A DNA stretch of 32,000 bases from Candidatus Methanoperedens sp. (GTDB taxonomy: Archaea; Halobacteriota; Methanosarcinia; Methanosarcinales; Methanoperedenaceae): positions 120,001 to 152,000 of the forward strand of contig JBGQBI010000006.1 in NCBI GenBank assembly GCA_041494705.1, read 5' to 3'. Of the stretch, positions 26,122-32,000 are shown in pieces (within the stretch, counting starts at the first letter, position 1; each line of letters begins with the position of its first letter). Position numbers and translations under genes: made by a program. The notes below the pieces were generated by a model. That model searched no databases. It was not told where the DNA came from and worked only from the letters and a program-made list of their open reading frames with translations.

Positions 26122-29100
26122 AGGGGAAAAATAATAGAATATATGGAACATTAAACTTGAGCATAATTCTATCTATTTTATTCTGCACAATAATCTTTTC
26201 AGCCAATGCAGCAAGTGCTGCGGATAAAACGTATTACTGGATCCAATCCTCAGGAGCTATAGATTCATCGGGATTTACAGCCAACTGGGGAAATTGTGGG
26301 GCACTGCCAACTTCTTATAGAATTACTACGCTAAGCAGTACAGGGTTTACATGCAACAGCGATCGATTAACAACGACTTCATCCGGAGACCAGTTTTTGG
26401 CAATTTATCCAACAGCATATAGTTCTGATACTCAAATAACAGGCAAAACAGGTGCTACTTTTTATTTATCAAGTCAAAGAAGCGGCTATACTGCGACATA
26501 TCGTTTTGATCTGGGATATGCTCAAGGAGGCACTTTTACATCATTGGGATACGTGACCACGAGTGTATCTTCTTCTAGTGGTCAAAGCTATACCATAGAT
26601 ATGAGTAGCATTATTGGCACTGCTCCTGCGAGTTCATATCCAGCGCTAAAAGTCTCAGTTACAACTTCACGAGGAGGAAGAGTGTATCTTGGAACAAATG
26701 GTGGATCTACAGGCTCAAATAGCGGCCGTTTCTATGTCAATGAGACCGTAACAACCCCAACTCCCACTCCAACTCCCACTCCAACTCCCACTCCAACTCC
26801 CACTCCAACTCCTACGCCAACCCCAACGCCAACTCCTACACCAGCACTAATCGGAAAAATCCTCGTTGCCACAAATAGATATGTCGTACTTGACGACCCC
26901 AATACAGGTTCATTCTCTGGAACCGGGTTCAAGAATCCGTCCAGCAATTGGGGCACTAATAACTTTAATGGCGTCGAGACAAACATAACCATGTGGGCAT
27001 TGGTTATCGATAGCAATGGAATGCCGGTGGCGAATACCAATGTGAATTTCACTTTAATGAACCCTATAGGGACGACGGATTATACGATCATCACATCCAC
27101 GGACAGCAACGGTCTTGTCAATATAACCCGCGACATGAATGCAAAGAACTATTACGGTAACTGGAAGGTCACAGCCAATGCCACGGCGCTGGGTGTTAGT
27201 GATAATACTTCGTTCATCTACAATTGGTGGGGCTGCGGAGGTGGGGCAGGTTGCACTGGCCACTCATCCAAATCTCTCACATCAGGAGCGCCTGTGAATT
27301 CACCGTATGCGACCGGGCATGATGCTGTAGTAGGCTCCAATAATGCTCATTATTCAAATACCAGTGGCTGTATGTTCTGCCACCTTTCCTATAACGGGCA
27401 GGGTTCAACTCCTTCCATGGGGACGGCAGATGTGCATAGAAATCTAACCTGCGATAACCCGAGCTGTCATGGAAGTTTCACGCAGCATCGAACCAATATG
27501 GTTATAGGTTCATGCAGCAACTGCCATAACAGGACTGATATAACAAAGAAGACCACTTTGAACGGCATAGTCTCCAACTATTCCACGACCTCGGATTACC
27601 ATGATAATAATTCCACAATTCCCTGCATCGTCTGCCACGGGCCGATGCACAACATAACAAAACCGGATGAATCCCAGAGGTTTGTGAAGAACAACATCAC
27701 TGAGGACACTCAATGTACTACCTGCCATCAAAATTATAATAAGCACAATACAAGCGTGAACTGCACGCTCTGCCACAGCGACGACGTGCATGTGATACAG
27801 GTGTTCTCGCAGAGCGCGGGATACGTGAACCGCGGAAGCCCTGCTCAAGGCAATTGTACCAACTGCCACCAGAATTCCACGTTCCTTAATGCCCTCAATT
27901 CTTCGCCCAGGGCGGGCAACTATTTTGGGAAACCGGCGCCACAGATACCCGACCCGTTGAAACACAGTGCCAATCTCTCAAACGGCACGATATGGGGTCA
28001 GTTCTGGACCGGAGAGACGGGCTCATGTTATTACTGCCACGGGAATACGAAGCATAACAGCACGGCACTTGGACTTGTGAATAACCTCCTCCTCACAGAC
28101 CCGACAAATGTAAGGAACGGCGCGACCACTGCAACAACCTGGTGCGCTGACTGCCATTACAATGCATCGATAAATACAAATTATAATGGTACCCGGTGGA
28201 ACCCTGCCCCACCCCTGATCACAGTCGATAATACCGGCAAAGCGGGCTGGCAGGATCACAGCGGTTTCCTGGGAGCTGGTTACAAGGACAGCGACTGCCA
28301 GTCATGCCATTCATTGAACGGCACATACTCGTCCACTTCATTGAACCTTTCCCACAGCCTCAATGAAGGCAGGGCAGGGGGTGCGAATTGTATATCCTGT
28401 CACGATGCCGGAGGCACGCTTGGCGGTGGGAAACAGGTTAATTTCACTGCCATGAACGATACTGCTGATATTCACAAGAACCTAAACAGTGGAACCAGCA
28501 CAAGCCTGGCCGCTCAAAATAAGAAATGCTGGGCATGCCACGGCAACGGTAATGAACCCGCAAGCGGTCATCCGTCCAATTACAAGACACCGTACAAGTG
28601 CGTGGACTGCCATGTTTCAGATGCAGGCAACTTTACGCCGACTTCCATACTTACGGTCTCACAGCACTACTGGAACGGTACCAGCATAGATACAGCAAGC
28701 GTGACCAGCTGCTATTCCTGTCACAACAGGACAGAGATGATGGTGGGCAGCTTCGACCCGGATGGTGCGGCCAGCGTATATGGCGGAGCCAATGGCGGCA
28801 ATAACAGTGTCAGCCATTACGGCAAGAAGAGAACCGACATGGCAAGCCTGGATGCCACTACATACTGCAGCTATTGCCACAATACCACTACCAACAACGC
28901 CACATTCTATGTCAGCAATTTCAACAACACGATCATAAACCATACATCAAGAGCGACCACGCCATTGTGCTCGGATTGCCATAACACGGGCAGGATTCAT
29001 AACAACACGTTAGCCAAACCCGTGAGCAACGATACCTTATGTTCGACATGCCACGGGCCGGGTGGTTCTGCAACTACAAACAACAAGGTAGAGCACAAAA

Positions 29101-30371
29101 CTCTGTACTGTACAGAATGCCATGCCAACAATACGATTGGAAGTAAAGCAGGCAGGGATATACATGGCATAAAGTTCCTCCAGAAGGACAATACATTCTC
29201 TCAGAGTAATGTAAATGCTGTAGATTGTACGACATGCCATCAGTCAAATGTTGTAGATGGCTCTCTTGGAATAACTCCAATCAAAGTAAGCAACCCATTG
29301 CATCATTCGGATGATCTGCTCAATGGATCGAAATGGGGCAGCTACTGGACGAATCAGACCGGTTCTTGTCTATATTGCCATAATGACACGAAACATAGTT
29401 CGACACCTTTAGGCAGACCATTGATATGGAATCCATCATATGTGCTCAATTCTACCATTAGCAGTGGAACTAATTGTGCAGATTGTCACTATCAAGGGGA
29501 TAGCAATTATAGTCAGATGAGTTCTGAATTTACAGGTGTCGGGCTTGGTTTATCTCCAGAGATCACCAACGGTAGCTGGAATGGCAAACCTGGCTACTAC
29601 AATCATACCTTGAGTGATTATACAGATTCTCAATGTAAGTCATGCCACGACAAATCCGGAAGTACGACTGTTGGTCAACTGATGCACAATAACTCTGTAG
29701 GGTCAGCAGGAGGTCCTGATTGTAAGGCATGTCATGATGCGGGAGGTACTGCACCCAAACTTGTCAATTTCAGCACTGCAAATAATTCAGCACATAAGAA
29801 TTTAAATAGTGGAGCATCTTCGACTGTAAATGCTGAGAATAAGAAATGCTGGGCATGTCATGGAGATGGTACTCAACCTGGAAGCGGGCATCCTTCTGCA
29901 TATATGACACCGGATCCTTGTGAGAATTGCCATACAGGTACAGGAGGATATAATGCACCGCTGGTGAAAGAACATATCCAGAATGGAAGTGATGTACAGA
30001 CCGCCGCAGCCTGTAATCTGTGTCACGACAACAATGGAATGTCTATAGGGAGTGGAGGTATCGGTACAATAACACATTACATCAAAAATGTGACTGATAC
30101 AATGACAACTCCATATGGACATTTTGGTACGATTGATACTACCAATTGTCTCATTTGCCACAATGACCAATATACAGGAAATGCATCATGGGGCTCACCA
30201 GTAAATATTACGACAAGTTTAAAGAGAAAACATACTGAAACGACAAATGTACAATGTGACGGCTGTCATAAAGACGATACCATTAGTACGCTGGCTAATG
30301 TTGATTTCCATAATGCATCACTTAGTAATTTTGGAGGCAATTGTCTGGATTGTCATGCTAAGGCAGAATAA
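26118..30371 (+). CDS. giant secreted multiheme c-type cytochrome (28 CxxCH + 1 CX4CH)
   Basis: A 1417-aa ORF whose ATG overlaps the protease stop (ATGA) and is preceded by GGAGG. Domain order is a signal-like N-terminus, a roughly 200-aa heme-free Ser/Thr-rich region, a (TP)n linker, an Ig-like beta domain, then the heme region. Heme motifs were counted by hand. There is no C-terminal TM segment. Confidence 0.92.
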   Translation: MKGKNNRIYGTLNLSIILSILFCTIIFSANAASAADKTYYWIQSSGAIDSSGFTANWGNCGALPTSYRITTLSSTGFTCNSDRLTTTSSGDQFLAIYPTAYSSDTQITGKTGATFYLSSQRSGYTATYRFDLGYAQGGTFTSLGYVTTSVSSSSGQSYTIDMSSIIGTAPASSYPALKVSVTTSRGGRVYLGTNGGSTGSNSGRFYVNETVTTPTPTPTPTPTPTPTPTPTPTPTPTPTPTPALIGKILVATNRYVVLDDPNTGSFSGTGFKNPSSNWGTNNFNGVETNITMWALVIDSNGMPVANTNVNFTLMNPIGTTDYTIITSTDSNGLVNITRDMNAKNYYGNWKVTANATALGVSDNTSFIYNWWGCGGGAGCTGHSSKSLTSGAPVNSPYATGHDAVVGSNNAHYSNTSGCMFCHLSYNGQGSTPSMGTADVHRNLTCDNPSCHGSFTQHRTNMVIGSCSNCHNRTDITKKTTLNGIVSNYSTTSDYHDNNSTIPCIVCHGPMHNITKPDESQRFVKNNITEDTQCTTCHQNYNKHNTSVNCTLCHSDDVHVIQVFSQSAGYVNRGSPAQGNCTNCHQNSTFLNALNSSPRAGNYFGKPAPQIPDPLKHSANLSNGTIWGQFWTGETGSCYYCHGNTKHNSTALGLVNNLLLTDPTNVRNGATTATTWCADCHYNASINTNYNGTRWNPAPPLITVDNTGKAGWQDHSGFLGAGYKDSDCQSCHSLNGTYSSTSLNLSHSLNEGRAGGANCISCHDAGGTLGGGKQVNFTAMNDTADIHKNLNSGTSTSLAAQNKKCWACHGNGNEPASGHPSNYKTPYKCVDCHVSDAGNFTPTSILTVSQHYWNGTSIDTASVTSCYSCHNRTEMMVGSFDPDGAASVYGGANGGNNSVSHYGKKRTDMASLDATTYCSYCHNTTTNNATFYVSNFNNTIINHTSRATTPLCSDCHNTGRIHNNTLAKPVSNDTLCSTCHGPGGSATTNNKVEHKTLYCTECHANNTIGSKAGRDIHGIKFLQKDNTFSQSNVNAVDCTTCHQSNVVDGSLGITPIKVSNPLHHSDDLLNGSKWGSYWTNQTGSCLYCHNDTKHSSTPLGRPLIWNPSYVLNSTISSGTNCADCHYQGDSNYSQMSSEFTGVGLGLSPEITNGSWNGKPGYYNHTLSDYTDSQCKSCHDKSGSTTVGQLMHNNSVGSAGGPDCKACHDAGGTAPKLVNFSTANNSAHKNLNSGASSTVNAENKKCWACHGDGTQPGSGHPSAYMTPDPCENCHTGTGGYNAPLVKEHIQNGSDVQTAAACNLCHDNNGMSIGSGGIGTITHYIKNVTDTMTTPYGHFGTIDTTNCLICHNDQYTGNASWGSPVNITTSLKRKHTETTNVQCDGCHKDDTISTLANVDFHNASLSNFGGNCLDCHAKAE
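26751..26843 (+). repeat. in-frame tandem repeat encoding a (Thr-Pro)n linker
   Basis: The 12-nt unit CCAACTCCCACT is repeated four times perfectly (26757-26804), followed by degenerate units. The translation is TTPTPTPTPTPTPTPTPTPTPTPTPTPTPTP. Confidence 0.95.
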
Positions 30372-30384
30372 GGGGGAAAAATAA

Positions 30385-30531
30385 GAACATAAAAGACCCC
30401 ATAGTTCTCTCAAAGGAAAAACACCAGCCGAAGCCGCAGGAATTAAGCTTGACCTTACAAACAGATGGGAGAGCTTGATTGATTTGGCTACGAAATGGAA
30501 AGCGAATAAAACCATAACAGAAGTATGTTAA
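30385..30531 (+). pseudogene. C-terminal remnant of an integrase-core (rve/DDE) family transposase
   Basis: The frame opens after a TAA at 30382 and reads EHKRPHSSLKGKTPAEAAGIKLDLTNRWESLIDLATKWKANKTITEVC*. RPHSSL.GKTP is the classic C-terminal signature of rve-type transposases. No room exists upstream for the catalytic domain, because the cytochrome gene ends at 30371. Confidence 0.55.
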
Positions 30532-30541
30532 AGGAGATATT

Positions 30542-30703
30542 ATGACAGATAAGGGATTGAGTACAACAGCGCAAGAATCAAAGGGAAAATTCACTACACC
30601 GATACCGACAGCACTTGTTAATTTATTAGGAATTGAAAAAGGTAATAAGCTTGTTTGGAATTTAAACAACGGTGAAATAACAATAAAGGTTGTGAAAGTA
30701 TGA
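30542..30703 (+). CDS. small AbrB/SpoVT-like DNA-binding protein (antitoxin-like)
   Basis: A 53-aa ORF below the track's length cutoff. GGAG lies 7 nt upstream. The pattern FTTPIPTALVNLLGIEKGNKLVWNLNNGEITIKVV fits the swapped-hairpin AbrB fold. Confidence 0.5.
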   Translation: MTDKGLSTTAQESKGKFTTPIPTALVNLLGIEKGNKLVWNLNNGEITIKVVKV

Positions 30704-30919
30704 CTAAAGATGTTGAAGGGGAATTGTCTCATCTCGATAAAATGATAACATCGCTTGTTGAAATCTTAAATAGGAACAATAAATAATAATGCTATAATTA
30801 TTGCTAATAGATTGTCTTTAAAGGAACCCATAAAAAACGAAAATCCTATCAAATACAATAACCATTCATTTCTTGACCGTCGCTTTAGTAACTCCTCCAG
30901 TTAGCTGGGCATCAGCCAT

Positions 30920-31438
30920 TCATTCACTCCCACAAAATAGCAACCGATTTTTGACAGCGATTCGGAAATGCCTGAGCAACCGAAGACTTGACAGAGCCAC
31001 CCATCGGGTTCTGTCAAGTCTTCGTCGGTTAATTTTTGTGTCAAAATCCGTCGGATATGGATTTAAGATTATTGTTTTTGATACTACAAATCTATATTCG
31101 ATACCATCTTGACCAATAGCGATGATAACTTCAGAATGGGGTTTATAATAACAAATAATAGGAATTTCTGCAATTCCCGTTAAATCCTTCGATAAATAAC
31201 ATGGAAAAATCTTTAATTTAGATTTTTTCTCAGACTTGATAATCCTGTAAAGAATACCATCCCAACCTTTAATTAAAAGGATATTATTATACGCATCTAT
31301 GACTTCAAAATAATGTTTAATAAATATTTCTTTTATATTTCCAACTTTTTCGATGTTGGAAAGGTGGCATTCGTGTGAATCAAAAAACTCTGATGATATA
31401 GTACTACCACATCGCTCACATTTTATAATATTTTTCAT
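30920..31438 (-). CDS. hypothetical protein with N-terminal CxxC...HxCH zinc-finger-like motif
   Basis: A 172-aa ORF in AT-rich DNA whose start overlaps the upstream gene's stop (ATGA). The last 45 or so codons run through a GC-richer repeat and hairpin patch, so the C-terminal tail may be fortuitous. Confidence 0.45.
   Translation of the reverse strand: MKNIIKCERCGSTISSEFFDSHECHLSNIEKVGNIKEIFIKHYFEVIDAYNNILLIKGWDGILYRIIKSEKKSKLKIFPCYLSKDLTGIAEIPIICYYKPHSEVIIAIGQDGIEYRFVVSKTIILNPYPTDFDTKINRRRLDRTRWVALSSLRLLRHFRIAVKNRLLFCGSE
30939..31024. other. structured repeat patch: two direct AGCAACCGA-N3/4-TTGACAG repeats and a perfect 15-bp stem-loop
   Basis: Direct repeats lie at 30939-30957 and 30975-30994. 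The stem is CGAAGACTTGACAGA (30981-30995) pairing with TCTGTCAAGTCTTCG (31010-31024) across a 14-nt loop. A T-rich tract follows on the + strand. Confidence 0.6.
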
Positions 31439-31854
31439 TCAACATCACCTGTAAAATGCGGGGACATCTGTTCAAGTTCTTCGATTTTATTCTTAGCGTC
31501 TATAAGTTCTATATTTACCCTTTCAAGCTCTTTTGTAAGTTCGATATTCATATCAGAACATTCCTTTAATTTTTTGACTACTCCTTCCCCAGGTTTTACA
31601 ATTCCATGTGTAAGAGCTTGATTTATAATAAGTAAACATGTATTTGCAGTCACCCATTTACTTAATGGGTCGGAGATTTTTGCTTTCATTTCATATTCTG
31701 TCATTGCAATGGCTAAGTAATCTGACATTTCATCTTTTTTGTCCACAACCAATTCAAGATTTCTCATACGTTGGATAAAATCTTCTATTTGTATATATAT
31801 GTCTGATTTGAATAGGTCTTCTGATATCTTTTCTTGTTTATCCAATGCAGTCAT
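31435..31854 (-). CDS. hypothetical alpha-helical protein with C-terminal coiled-coil-like segment
   Basis: A 139-aa ORF with ATGA overlaps to both neighbouring genes. I recognise no family. Confidence 0.5.
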   Translation of the reverse strand: MTALDKQEKISEDLFKSDIYIQIEDFIQRMRNLELVVDKKDEMSDYLAIAMTEYEMKAKISDPLSKWVTANTCLLIINQALTHGIVKPGEGVVKKLKECSDMNIELTKELERVNIELIDAKNKIEELEQMSPHFTGDVE

Positions 31855-32000
31855 TTTGTAGCCTCCGCTTTTTTTATCTTAGCTATTTTTTTACCCTTCT
31901 CTATTTCCATAGTCCATTCGAGCTTATCTCCAGCCTGTATATCAAGAAATTCCACTATACCTTCAGGTACTGTGGCTCTAAGTGATTTCGTGCCGAGTTT
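31851..32000 (-). CDS. AbrB/SpoVT-like small protein, N-terminally truncated by the window edge
   Basis: My reverse-strand translation is KLGTKSLRATVPEGIVEFLDIQAGDKLEWTMEIEKGKKIAKIKKAEATK*. The motif LR.T.P..IV..L.I..GD.L.W is AbrB-like. Its stop overlaps the next ATG. Confidence 0.5.
   Translation of the reverse strand, partial: KLGTKSLRATVPEGIVEFLDIQAGDKLEWTMEIEKGKKIAKIKKAEATK

Noticed and set aside
26732-27052. A 106-aa minus-strand ORF with a long GVGVGV repeat.
   Set aside because: It is the antisense reading of the (TP)n tandem repeat inside the giant cytochrome gene, so it is a shadow ORF.
27234-27263. CGGGAGCTGH as an additional unusual heme-binding site.
   Set aside because: The spacing is C-x5-C-x2-H, and the His does not directly follow the second Cys. 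It does not fit any CXnCH pattern.
30318-30732. Minus-strand ORFs 30318..30515 and 30358..30732.
   Set aside because: They overlap the cytochrome 3-prime end, the transposase remnant and the AbrB-like ORF. The plus-strand readings give recognisable motifs and the minus-strand ones do not.
30700-30786. A 28-aa ORF overlapping the stop of the 53-aa AbrB-like gene (ATGA).
   Set aside because: It is too short and featureless to call as a gene. I mention it only as a possible stump of a decayed toxin gene.

Overview
Archaeal chromosomal segment, judged from an archaeal-type PheRS beta chain, Nob1, and TrmB- and DUF1724-type regulators. A Methanosarcinales / ANME-2-Methanoperedens-like lineage is only an inference. 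Positions 1-17,000 hold mostly ordinary genes, at roughly 45-57% GC by hand spot counts. These are a DUF169 protein, pheT, a COG1361-like surface protein in an operon with a split MMPL/RND exporter and a divergent TrmB regulator, a DUF433/DUF5615 toxin-antitoxin-like pair, nob1 and bioY. They continue with a membrane-bound succinate:quinone oxidoreductase/fumarate reductase (sdhCB plus divergent sdhA) bracketed by palindromic interspersed repeats, a ferritin-like protein, a YqaA/DedA protein, a radical SAM/SPASM enzyme and ccdA. After a 470-bp AT-rich gap the composition drops to about 30-33% GC across a DUF1724 HTH regulator and a UbiA-family prenyltransferase. The stand-out locus lies at 19.5-30.4 kb. 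It has three tandem paralogous secreted octaheme c-type cytochromes, each with heme-free C-terminal Ig-like (IPT/TIG-type) domains. These are followed by a secreted S8 subtilisin that is translationally coupled to a 1417-aa secreted cytochrome with 28 CxxCH motifs plus one CX4CH motif, built from a duplicated 12-heme unit. I propose this is an extracellular electron-transfer system whose octaheme subunits are matured by the embedded protease. This parallels the Geobacter OmcZ/OzpA nanowire logic but rests on gene architecture only, with no homology shown. The locus ends at a transposase C-terminal remnant. Beyond it is AT-rich accessory DNA with AbrB-like small genes and a tightly overlapping operon of unknown function. 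I recognised no rRNA, tRNA or CRISPR array. All family assignments are from motif recall, without database searches.
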